Shown here: positions 26,417 through 35,800 of the stretch, piece by piece
How the letters are laid out: each line of letters starts with the position of its first letter
Position numbering within the stretch: position 1 is the stretch's first letter
Source: a virus
Strand: one strand, 5' to 3'
Virus record (IMG/VR): IMGVR_UViG_3300045988_184285
Length of the DNA stretch: 64,000 nucleotides
Notes under the pieces: model-generated
The model's input: the letters and a program-made list of their open reading frames with translations, nothing else
Database searches by the model: none
Told to the model about the DNA's origin: nothing
Translations under genes and position numbers: made by a program

Positions 26417-27055
26417 TTATTTCGTGGTCTTTGGGCCTTTTAAAAGCCCCTTGGTTCTGAGAATGTTCCGCACATATGCAAGGCGTCTTCTGCCAAAACC
26501 ATGTGCATTCTGCTTACTTTTGTTTTCGGCATAAGCCATATCAGAATACTTGATGCCGTCTTTGTAATGCTTCAAGAGATAATCTGTAACAGTCGTATCT
26601 CTGATTGCAAGAATAGCATCGACAATTCTCGCTTCTTCTTTTTTCGAATAAGGATAATCATCGATGTTATACCTGACCCCGTCCAGCCCGCAAATGATAT
26701 TCACGGGCCAACCCTTACGGAAGGCAATGTTTGCTTCGCGGATATTCCGTTCTGTCATGACATCGCCGGTCTTATCTCTTCTGTGCCTATACAATGTTCG
26801 CTGCGCACAGGCTTTGCATACGCCACGCGCATATATGATAGAAAGCCTATTACAAATAGGACATTCTTCGATTCGGACATGCTTTCCTGACTTAACGGTT
26901 TGATAATCCAATCCGTTGATGTAAGTCTTATTGTTAAAGGTGATTGTTTCCGCACCCTTGTATTCAGGGAACTCATCTCCCGTATAAGTTCCCTTCATCT
27001 CTGCGGGGAGGGTATCTGCGTCGCTTTGAAGTACGTAGAATTTCTTTTTGCTCAT
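26417..27055 (-). CDS. hypothetical protein with CxxC zinc finger
   Basis: 212 aa; CPICN...CKAC. Confidence 0.45.
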   Translation of the reverse strand: MSKKKFYVLQSDADTLPAEMKGTYTGDEFPEYKGAETITFNNKTYINGLDYQTVKSGKHVRIEECPICNRLSIIYARGVCKACAQRTLYRHRRDKTGDVMTERNIREANIAFRKGWPVNIICGLDGVRYNIDDYPYSKKEEARIVDAILAIRDTTVTDYLLKHYKDGIKYSDMAYAENKSKQNAHGFGRRRLAYVRNILRTKGLLKGPKTTK

Positions 27056-27074
27056 GGTCTACCACCGTTTCTGC

Positions 27075-27794
27075 TTATCCTGCGATGCTGCTTTCAGCAA
27101 CCTCGAATGGCTTTACATCAACAAGCCTTACAGAAACAATGGTAGCAAGCAGGTCTTTGGTGCTATTGAAGATGATGTTCTTCTTCTCGCCAAAGGTATC
27201 ATAGAACTGAGCAGAGCAGCGATTCGGATTGTCATCGGTATCCAGCATTTTGAATCCGCTCTCTCCTCTGCACAGCATCGTGGTAATATAACTACCCATA
27301 TTGCAGAAGAAATCGGTTGTAGTGAACCGGAATACCGGAGGCGTTTTCTTACGGATGGTGATGTACCGCTCGTAAAGTTCTCCGTTGATTTCCGTAACCA
27401 TCAGAAGTTCAAAGGTACAGACGAACTGCCCTGCTGTCGGTGCCGGAATTCCGTGTGTAGGCGTTCCCTTGTGCTGTGCTGCACTCTCCGCCTCGTACAT
27501 GATTCCGTACTGCGTAACATTGACGGTGCCGAGGTTGTCAATCTTCTTGACAGTCTGATGCTTGACGAGATAGCCATCGTACATAAGACGGTCAATGATT
27601 CTCTCGCCCTTGGCTTTCAGATTGTCGCCCTCAATCGTTGAAACGACTTCGTCAGAACCCTCGTACTGATAGCCAACGACACGACCAAAACATGCAGGCG
27701 CATCGTTTTCACTTTCTACTTTCAGGGACATAACTGACCCGAAAGGGCAATACTCCGGAATTCTTTTCTTTGCTACATAACGTTTTTCTACCAT
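27075..27794 (-). CDS. hypothetical protein
   Basis: 239 aa ORF; 5' UTR ~160 nt from class A promoter. Confidence 0.5.
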   Translation of the reverse strand: MVEKRYVAKKRIPEYCPFGSVMSLKVESENDAPACFGRVVGYQYEGSDEVVSTIEGDNLKAKGERIIDRLMYDGYLVKHQTVKKIDNLGTVNVTQYGIMYEAESAAQHKGTPTHGIPAPTAGQFVCTFELLMVTEINGELYERYITIRKKTPPVFRFTTTDFFCNMGSYITTMLCRGESGFKMLDTDDNPNRCSAQFYDTFGEKKNIIFNSTKDLLATIVSVRLVDVKPFEVAESSIAG

Positions 27795-27954
27795 TGAATC
27801 TGTCCCCCGTGTTTGCTTGTTGATTCGTATGATATTGCCTATTTATTCTAATATAGTCAACATCAAAAAACTGCGTAAAAAATCGCACAGATGTTCTTCT
27901 GCGCTGTTCCACCATAGAAATATCACCGATATTCCCTGTTCATCTTGAACATAT

Positions 27955-27990
27955 CTATATTATACCACATTAAAACAAGGTAGTCAACGA
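27955..27990 (-). promoter_or_regulatory. class A promoter (TTGACT-N14-TGTGGTATAATATAG)
   Basis: minus-strand 'TTGACTaccttgttttaaTGTGGTATAAT'. Confidence 0.65.
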
Positions 27991-28030
27991 CAAAAACCGT
28001 CGCAAATGTTAGTTTTCGCATTTACGACGG
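27991..28030 (-). terminator. intrinsic terminator after flotillin gene
   Basis: 12-bp stem ccgtcgtaaatg/catttgcgacgg followed by TTTTTG on minus strand. Confidence 0.55.
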
Positions 28031-28055
28031 CTGAAGTTATATTTTTTTGAGCAAA

Positions 28056-29591
28056 TTATTTTATATCGCTTGCGTTTTCGTCAGGTTCGATGTGTGCATT
28101 GTCATCAGCCTTCTCGATTACAGGCAAACCGTGAATGTTGATATTGCGGTCAGTCTTAGCATTGATACTATTCGCACGAACGATATCGGCCATATCAATA
28201 CCGGTAGCTTCCTTGACGGTCTGCATGGTCTGTGCCATCAGCACGGGAACATTCCCGGACACGCCGGACACGCCAGATGCATCGCCGCCGATGATAGATA
28301 CCTTATCGATTGCGGACAAGGGCTGAGCCACATTCTTAGCAATATCAGGCAGGACTTTGATAAGCATTTCAGCGACAGCGGCATCGTTGTACTGCTTGTA
28401 AGCCTCCGCCTTTTGCTTCATAGCTTCGGCTTCAGCAATACCCTTCTGACGGATAGCCTCAGCTTCTGCCTTACCTACAAGGGCAATACCTTCGGCTTCC
28501 TGCTGCTTTGCAAATTTCTGAGCCTCAGCAGCGCGTTCGGCTTCGTATTTTTTTGCTTCTGCTTCTTTTTGGCGTTTATACAATTCGGCATCCGCAGCTT
28601 TGCGAACCTCTGCATCCAGTTTTCTCTGCTGAACCTCGGCTTCCTGTGCAGCAAGGTCGACCATCTTCTTCTGCTTTGCGATTTCCGCATCAGCTTCGGC
28701 TTCCTTGATTTCCTTGGCGCGAAGATTTGTCTGAATCTGTCCTGCAGCGTTGGCATCAGCAGCAGCCTTGTCAGCCTCGGCCTTCAATTTGGCCTTTGCC
28801 AGCTGCAATTCATTGTTGCGCTGTGCAATAGCAGTCTGGGCTTCAACTTCCTTTTCATTGGCTGCCATTTCAGCGTCAGCCTTTGCGCGAGCAATATCAC
28901 GAGCGGCTTCGGCACGAGCAATCTCTGCACGTTTCTTGACGGCTTCTTCCTGCTCAATACCAATAGCCTCAATGACGCCGTGATTGTGACCCTGCGCATC
29001 AACGGCGTCTTTTACATCCTGCACATTGAAGGTTACAACTTCGAGGCCCATCTTTGCAAGGTCAGGACGGGCATTTTCGATTACTGACAGCGCCATTTGT
29101 TTACGATTTGTGAGAATCTGGTCAACCGTCATATCCGAAACGATTTCGCGCAGGTTGCCTTGCAAGACATCATTTACTTTGTCATTGATGCCTTTTTCGT
29201 CCATACCAAGGAAGTTCGAAATAGCCGACTGCTGACGACCCGTAATATATTCTTTGACATCCTTTGCACCAGATGCCTGAACCTCAGAGTCGAGAACAGT
29301 AGAATTATCGCTGTATACCTGAATCGTTACAACAGAATCAATCCAGAGCGATACGCCTTCTTTTGTCTTGACACCCGTCTCGGGGGTTTTGACATCAATT
29401 TTCAGAAGACGCATATTCAGCTTATCTGCACGCTGCAGCACAGGGATGACAAATGTACCCTTTCCACAAACGACCTTGGGCTTTTTCAAGCCAAATCCAG
29501 TCACAACGATGGCTGCTGTGGGAGGCGCTTTTTTGTAGCATGTGAATGCGAACAAAACAAACAATACGACAATGATGATTCCTAAAAACAT
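28056..29591 (-). CDS. flotillin-like SPFH/band-7 protein
   Basis: N-terminal TM, SPFH domain, long EA-rich coiled-coil repeats typical of bacterial flotillins. Confidence 0.8.
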   Translation of the reverse strand: MFLGIIIVVLFVLFAFTCYKKAPPTAAIVVTGFGLKKPKVVCGKGTFVIPVLQRADKLNMRLLKIDVKTPETGVKTKEGVSLWIDSVVTIQVYSDNSTVLDSEVQASGAKDVKEYITGRQQSAISNFLGMDEKGINDKVNDVLQGNLREIVSDMTVDQILTNRKQMALSVIENARPDLAKMGLEVVTFNVQDVKDAVDAQGHNHGVIEAIGIEQEEAVKKRAEIARAEAARDIARAKADAEMAANEKEVEAQTAIAQRNNELQLAKAKLKAEADKAAADANAAGQIQTNLRAKEIKEAEADAEIAKQKKMVDLAAQEAEVQQRKLDAEVRKAADAELYKRQKEAEAKKYEAERAAEAQKFAKQQEAEGIALVGKAEAEAIRQKGIAEAEAMKQKAEAYKQYNDAAVAEMLIKVLPDIAKNVAQPLSAIDKVSIIGGDASGVSGVSGNVPVLMAQTMQTVKEATGIDMADIVRANSINAKTDRNINIHGLPVIEKADDNAHIEPDENASDIK

Positions 29592-29606
29592 GGTATACTC
29601 CTTTTC

Positions 29607-29837
29607 TTATCTGCAATGTGATTTGCAATACTTTGACACTTTGCTGGCGACCTCTTTCTTGAATGCATATTCATCACATTGTGCCAAACGCATTTTATAT
29701 ATCTCCTGCTGTTTGGCAACACGAGCCGAATAGCCTTCGCATATGGAATGACATCCAGCTTTGCGATGTGGGCATTGATAACAGGTTCTAAAAATGTCGT
29801 GTTCGCTCGCACTTCCAGTATTGCTGTTCGATGTCAT
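29607..29837 (-). CDS. small cysteine-rich protein
   Basis: 76 aa, RBS GGGGGA; alternative overlapping frame 29582..29812 not excluded. Confidence 0.35.
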   Translation of the reverse strand: MTSNSNTGSASEHDIFRTCYQCPHRKAGCHSICEGYSARVAKQQEIYKMRLAQCDEYAFKKEVASKVSKYCKSHCR

Positions 29838-29867
29838 AAATGGAATTCCCCCTGTCTTTCCAATTGA

Positions 29868-29908
29868 TATATTATATTATACCACAAATAAGCAAGCGAA
29901 TCAATCAA
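29868..29908 (-). promoter_or_regulatory. class A promoter (TTGATT-N14-TGTGGTATAATATAATA)
   Basis: minus-strand 'TTGATTcgcttgcttattTGTGGTATAAT'. Confidence 0.6.
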
Positions 29909-29955
29909 AAAGACGAGTAAGATACTTCTCACTCGCCTTCTACTCTTTTGTATTG

Positions 29956-31044
29956 TTAGGTTTCTTCGCTGTCTTCGCTATCTTCTTCTTTGCGACTATC
30001 CTTAGAGAACCCAACAAAACCGCATGCGCCTGCAGAAATTCCAAAGATTACTGCCATGATGGGCATGATGAGTCTGTTTCGATATACAGCGCCTACAATG
30101 AAATTGGCGTTAGCTACCTGCTCCAATACATAGTGTGCAATCGCACAAATCGTAAGTTCGGAAGCATTACCGAACGATTCATCAAGACCGATGCTGAGCA
30201 GCGACATGGAATAGGTTGCGCTGGCTACATACTTGATTTCGATAGGTGCAGCGGTTTCATATACAGCTACATAACTCTTGCCTGTGTTCTTTTGGCCGTA
30301 GATAGACAGTGTACGGTAGAAACCACCCTCTGCTCTCGCCACCGGGCCGCTCGTCCATTTACCGCCTGTGATTTTGTAGGAATCACTACTCAGACCGATG
30401 GCAGACATCAAGTCATTCTTATATCCATCCCAGAGCGGCGTGGCGGGGTTGTATGGATGGATTTTTCCGAGATAGACATATGCGGTGGCACCTTCCGGAA
30501 TTACGACTTGTCCATCAATCGTGAAATCGACCCATGTATCGGTGTCCTCGACTTCATTGACCTCTTTCAGAACGCCTTCAACTTCCGTACCATCATCAAG
30601 AGTGAAGGTCTTGTTTTGCGGGGCGTTCGGTTTTTTGTCTTCGCCCTTGTACTCCACTGTCATTTCCGTAGGAATATCCGCCTGCTCCTCCGTATACTGA
30701 ACATCTTCGAGCGGCAACTCATACTGTTCTCCACCCAGCGTTACAGTATAGGTCTGAGGAACTTCTTTTACAGTCAAATCCGTATATTCTACGGTTTCTT
30801 GATACTTGGTATTGAGTTCCCTTTGCTGATAATCTACGCTGTCTTCGTCGAGGACATAGGTATTGCCGTTCTCCTCAATTTCCTTCGGAAGAGGATTGGC
30901 ATCGGCTTCTTCTTGGTCCTTGTAATTGAACTCACGAGTGATATCAATATCAACATCGCCAAGAGAAGTCAACGCTTGTGTAGAAATACATCCTACACAA
31001 AGCAGCGCACTTACAAAAGCAAGCACTCTCATTACATTTTTCAT
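29956..31044 (-). CDS. lipoprotein with C-terminal TM segment
   Basis: start at ATG (MKNVMRVLAFVSALLCVGC) lipobox; acidic T/E-rich; C-terminal hydrophobic helix. Confidence 0.6.
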   Translation of the reverse strand: MKNVMRVLAFVSALLCVGCISTQALTSLGDVDIDITREFNYKDQEEADANPLPKEIEENGNTYVLDEDSVDYQQRELNTKYQETVEYTDLTVKEVPQTYTVTLGGEQYELPLEDVQYTEEQADIPTEMTVEYKGEDKKPNAPQNKTFTLDDGTEVEGVLKEVNEVEDTDTWVDFTIDGQVVIPEGATAYVYLGKIHPYNPATPLWDGYKNDLMSAIGLSSDSYKITGGKWTSGPVARAEGGFYRTLSIYGQKNTGKSYVAVYETAAPIEIKYVASATYSMSLLSIGLDESFGNASELTICAIAHYVLEQVANANFIVGAVYRNRLIMPIMAVIFGISAGACGFVGFSKDSRKEEDSEDSEET

Positions 31045-31106
31045 AGCTTTTTTGGGCGTCTTAGCAGCTTGTCTGCTTGTACGCCGCCTCCTTTCGAATT
31101 CTCCTT

Positions 31107-31138
31107 TTATTGTATCTACTTTGCAGCAAATAGCAAAG
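31107..31138 (-). promoter_or_regulatory. class B promoter (TTGCTA-N16-TACAAT)
   Basis: minus-strand 'TTGCTAtttgctgcaaagtagaTACAAT'. Confidence 0.45.
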
Positions 31139-31169
31139 AAAAAAGCCGAGCGGCTTATCACCGCTCGGC
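31139..31169 (-). terminator. intrinsic terminator after gene 31184..31735
   Basis: stem gccgagcgg/ccgctcggc, TTTTTTC on minus strand. Confidence 0.6.
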
Positions 31170-31183
31170 ATCCCCATCACATA

Positions 31184-31735
31184 TCAATCTTCATCGACGT
31201 CTTCGTTGACAGTCGTGTTTACTCGTTCCTCTTTCGGAATGTACTTAGGTGTGGGCTCACAACGACATTTGAGTACATATTCACTATCACCAAACGCAAG
31301 TTCCATCAATGCTAACGGGTAGGCAAAAAATAGTTTCTTGGCAAACGCTTCATCCTTATCAAATGCTTTGGCAAGCTTCTTGTAAAAAAACCAACAATAA
31401 ATCGCCAATGCAATGGTACAGACTACATAATCGCAATCCAAAATCGTAAAGCGTGGATGTTGAACTCTATCCATAAAGAACGCAATCCAAAAGAACGACG
31501 GAATGCATGGGGCAATAGAACCGACACCGTATACTATGGGATATACACCGTAAGAGCCGTATGCGAAAATTAACGGCGATGCGCCTTTCTTGTACGCTTT
31601 ATAAGACATTTTCATAACGCATACAAAAACAGTTATGAGCACGGCGTAAATCGGGAGTATGGCGATGACATGGAAAATACCGAGCTCTCTTGTAAAGGTG
31701 TACAAAAGTGTGCTTAAAAATAAAATAACTGGCAT
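31184..31735 (-). CDS. membrane protein (about 5 TM)
   Basis: 183 aa hydrophobic; GAGGAGG RBS. Confidence 0.55.
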   Translation of the reverse strand: MPVILFLSTLLYTFTRELGIFHVIAILPIYAVLITVFVCVMKMSYKAYKKGASPLIFAYGSYGVYPIVYGVGSIAPCIPSFFWIAFFMDRVQHPRFTILDCDYVVCTIALAIYCWFFYKKLAKAFDKDEAFAKKLFFAYPLALMELAFGDSEYVLKCRCEPTPKYIPKEERVNTTVNEDVDED

Positions 31736-31752
31736 TTTTATTCCTCCTCTTT

Positions 31753-31788
31753 TTTATATTATACCACATTTCGCTTTAATGGTCAACT
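31753..31788 (-). promoter_or_regulatory. class A promoter (TTGACC-N14-TGTGGTATAATATAA)
   Basis: minus-strand 'TTGACCattaaagcgaaaTGTGGTATAAT'. Confidence 0.65.
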
Positions 31789-31982
31789 TGCATAATACAA
31801 AAAAGATAGCCACCCATTTCTGAGCGGCTATCTGAAGATTTGAGGTCCGCATTCAGTGCCTAAACACTGTTTTGTCTCCCTGATGACTGGTTTTATCGTT
31901 GCTCACCAACCGCAGGTCTATACATCCTGCATCGCACTTGAGAAAATAATCGAGTTTATGTGCCAGCCTCACAAGGTGTCTT

Positions 31983-32642
31983 TTAGCCTACTGCAGTTTC
32001 GTCAGCAGGGGCCTCGGACTCAGCAGCAGAATCAGCCTCGGCAGTATCCTCAGAGGAAGCCTCCTCAGTGGATTCGGCGGCATCGCCATCAGTCTCGGTG
32101 CTTTCAGCCTCGCTGTCGGAAGTCTCACTGTCAGCAGCTTCAGATTCAGCAGTGCTCTCAGTCTCGGATGCGGCCGCTTCCTCAGCAGGCACGGAGGTAG
32201 CCACCAGCAGATTGCCCTCGGCGTCAGCCTGACCACAGTTGTACAGATATGCGAACGCGGCGCTCAGATTGTCGAACTTGGACAGGTCAGGGACCTCAAC
32301 GGTAGAACCGTCCTCAGCGGTCTTGGTGCCGTCGAAATGAACGCTGCCATCCTCGTCATAGCGAACGGCGACAGTGTAACCATCGCTTGCCAGAGCTTCG
32401 GTCATATAAGCGGCATAAGCGTTCATGGTGGTCTTCATCTGGTCCTCACTCAGAGAAACACCATCGGGCATCTCAGTCAGCTTGCTGTTATCCAGAACCT
32501 CAACTGCGGACTCACTGGTCGCGCCGCTTGCACTGGCAGCATCATCCTTCTTGCCACAACCAACAAATGCAGTGCAGGCCATTGCCATAGCGAGACACAG
32601 CGCAGCACCCTTCTTTACAGAACTCTTGTTAACCTTCTGCAT
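31983..32642 (-). CDS. lipoprotein, acidic Ser/Thr/Glu/Ala-rich
   Basis: start at ATG (MQKVNKSS...LAMAMAC) lipobox; AAGGAG RBS. Confidence 0.6.
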   Translation of the reverse strand: MQKVNKSSVKKGAALCLAMAMACTAFVGCGKKDDAASASGATSESAVEVLDNSKLTEMPDGVSLSEDQMKTTMNAYAAYMTEALASDGYTVAVRYDEDGSVHFDGTKTAEDGSTVEVPDLSKFDNLSAAFAYLYNCGQADAEGNLLVATSVPAEEAAASETESTAESEAADSETSDSEAESTETDGDAAESTEEASSEDTAEADSAAESEAPADETAVG

Positions 32643-32705
32643 GAGTAACTTCTCCTTTTTCATGTGTGTTTGTTTGACGTGCATAAACAAGCTTCATGCA
32701 CTATG

Positions 32706-32741
32706 CTTATATTATACCACCAAAAGCATAAATAGTCAACA
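32706..32741 (-). promoter_or_regulatory. class A promoter (TTGACT-N14-TGGTGGTATAATATAA)
   Basis: minus-strand 'TTGACTatttatgcttttggTGGTATAAT'. Confidence 0.6.
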
Positions 32742-32777
32742 AAGAATAGCGCCCCACAGATTTACCTGTGGAGCGCT
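32738..32777 (-). terminator. putative terminator after giant gene 1
   Basis: 12-bp stem agcgctccacag/ctgtggggcgct, U-rich tail interrupted. Confidence 0.45.
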
Positions 32778-32818
32778 ATATGTTATCTCTTACGCGGAGT
32801 AGAGATTATTTCAGTTGG

Positions 32819-35800
32819 TTACTGCTTCTTTTCCTCGGTTTTATCCTCGGTCTTTTCAGCAGCTTTTTCTTCGCTATCGCCCTTCTTCTTCTTAACGATG
32901 ACAAATGCGCCAACGCCAATCAGAGCAACAACAACGATAACAGGAACGATGATGTCTGCGCCAAAACCAACGCCAGTCTTGTAGTTGACTACAACAGGTG
33001 CCGGAGTGGGAGCGGGTTCATTCTTGACTACAGGAGTCGGAGTCGGTCTGCTTTCTTCCGGAGGATTCTCCAGCTTAACACTTGCTACCCGAACATCACC
33101 GTAGTTGCCTGCCTTATCGACTGTACGGGTCACAATGTAACCAGTCCAATCGGGGCTCAGCTTGAAGGTAACATAACCGTTGTCCTTATCAATGTTTGTA
33201 ACATTGACAGTCTCGAACTTGGTTTCGTCGAAGGTGTAATCGCCATCAGCACTCTTGGCAATAGCAGAACCATTGACCTTGTAATACTGAATCTTAGCGA
33301 CACCGGAGTTGTACTCGCCATCCAGAGCGGAGATAGCAGGAACGGAATCCTTGACCTTTACAACAGGCACGAAGTCGGGGTCTTCGGTATCATCCTTGCC
33401 ACCGTTTTCGTCGGGAGTAGCAACGACATCGTTACCGTTTTCATCACCGGTCTCGTCGCCGGTTGTGAAGAGAGCGGGCTTACCATGAGCAATACGAAGC
33501 GTAGTGGCTTCGGTCTTGTCATTGGTCGTTTCGGTCTTTTCGGACTCGGCGGGAACCTTCTCATCTGTACCGGATTCGGTTTCATCCTTCTTACCGGAAT
33601 CTTCCTTCTTGTCGGTATCGTCCTTCTTATCGTCGTCCTTTTCGGGAGCCTTGCCAGTCTCTTCACCAGTAATGAACACATTGATGGTGCTCTCGAACTT
33701 GACGAACTTCTCGTTCAGCAAATCGGTCTTATTGGTGGAATCAACCTTATCGGCAGCGAAAGCAGAAGCAACGACAGGAGCTTCGGTATCAACAGATGTG
33801 GTGATAGTTCCCATCTCGGTAATGGCACCGGTCTTCAGGTCAATCAGGTAATAGGTAGAAGTAACCTTCTCACTATTAGCGGAAATGACCATCTTCTCGG
33901 CCCACTCAGCATCGGTCAGGGAATCGCTGGTTCCGATTGCGTAACCCTTAGGAGCGATAACTTCAACCTTAGAGTTGAAGTACAGGCCACTCAGGTCATC
34001 AGTCGTCTTCTTGGTAACCTCAACAGGCTTACCGGTCTTTTCGTCAGCCACAGTACCAACGATAGTTGCGGGCTCTACATCGGAAAGATGCAGACGCTGA
34101 ACTTCGAGGTCTCCGGTGGTAGGCAGGTAATTGTAGTTGTCGTAAGCGCCGCCAACATACTTGAAAGCGTCCTTCGTCAAGCCAACATTACCGAAAATAC
34201 CATCGATGCTGGAAGCAACAATGAGTTCGAAGGAAGGCAACTTAACGGTTTCAGCAGTCTCGTCGAAAGCGTAACCACTGGTCTTGATTTCGGGAATCTC
34301 CGTCTTGGTGCCATACAGCTTGACGACGGGGTTCGGGTCGAGAGTAACCGTCAGGTCTTTGCGAGCGATAACGAACTGACCATCGGCTTCGTTCTTATCA
34401 GCATCAACGACCTTGATGGTTACTGCGTAATTCTGCTCGACAGCGGCATCATAATCAGAGGTAACGGTGTAGGTGTAAGTACCAGCGTTCTTGACGTTTT
34501 CAGTCTTGAACTGGCTGTCACTCTCCACGCCGTCATCGCCGCTTGCGATATCAGGAGTCAGAGTCGCCTTTGCATCAGCAGTCAAGGGAGCAGTCTGTGC
34601 ATTGTCGGTGGTCTTGTCGTTCTCGAAAGGAGTATAAACAAGTGCCATTTTCAGGCCCAGAGAATCAGGCTTGACAGCTGCACCGTGCGTACCATCGCCA
34701 TTGGTGGCAACAGCATTTACGGTAAAGTCGGGGTTGGTGGTGTCGCCGTAAACGATATCCTTCGGCTCGGTGACAGTGACTTCGACCAGACGCTCGCCAA
34801 TGGTGTAGACGCCATTGACAATCGTAATCAGATAGTCATCGTTGTCATAAGAACCGACCATATCGTAAGCGCCGTAGTCCTTCACGGACTCGGGCACGCT
34901 CTCCGCAACCAGAGAAGCAGCACCATCAACAGACTTCATGGAAATCTCTTCGGCAACCGCATTCTCAACATCCTTCTTGGTGATGCTGATAATAGCTTTC
35001 AGGTCATCGCCATTCACGATAGTCTTCTTATCGGCATCGCCAGTATAGGTGAGGGTATTGCTCAGTTCGGCCATTTCATTGCCGTAGACAGAACCAACAG
35101 TGCCGATGGTCCAAGTCAGAGGACGCTGAGTGACCGTGTAAGTGCCGTTCATGGCAGTTACCAGATAATCCTGATAAGAAGCCTGACCGACGCGGTGAGC
35201 CAGACCGGAGAAGGAAGGAACGATGTCGTAGCCTCCGACATGGCTTGCAGAAGTGACGAGGCACAGGTTCGTGCCTTCCAGAATATCACCATTGACCAGA
35301 GCTGCCTTGGCAGTGTCGCCAGTGTATTCCAGAACGTTCACTGTGCCGTAATCAGACCAATCTTCAACAGCAACATCGTCGCCATAGATGGAAGTCTGGG
35401 GCTTAGCAGTGATAGTGATGGGACGCTTGTTGATAACGAAATCAACAGGGGCGTAAACAAAGGTGTAGTTGTTTGCGGCGGCATTCTCAACATTTGCAGG
35501 AACGACCTTGCCGGTACCAGCGTGAGAAGCTACCGTTGCAGGAGCACCCTCAGCGTCAGTAAAGTTGAAGGTCAGGTTCGCAACGCTCAGAACACCAGCG
35601 TCATCAGGAGTAGTGTTGCCCTTGACGGGTTTTACAACGAATCCATCGAAAATCAGGTTATCGCCGGAGAGAACAGGGTTCTCATCGCCGTAAATCTTGC
35701 TCTGAGCTGCCAGAGTGACATTCAGAGTAGCAGGAGTGATTTCGAAGGTGTTGTTTACGCGGGTGATGTTGAAGTTGACATCGTCACCTTCAATAATCAT

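Noticed and set aside
28047-31209. Plus-strand ORFs of 346 aa (28047..29087) and 471 aa (29794..31209)
   Set aside because: They are antisense to the flotillin gene (EA-repeat region gives open antisense frames) and to the lipoprotein gene 29956..31044.
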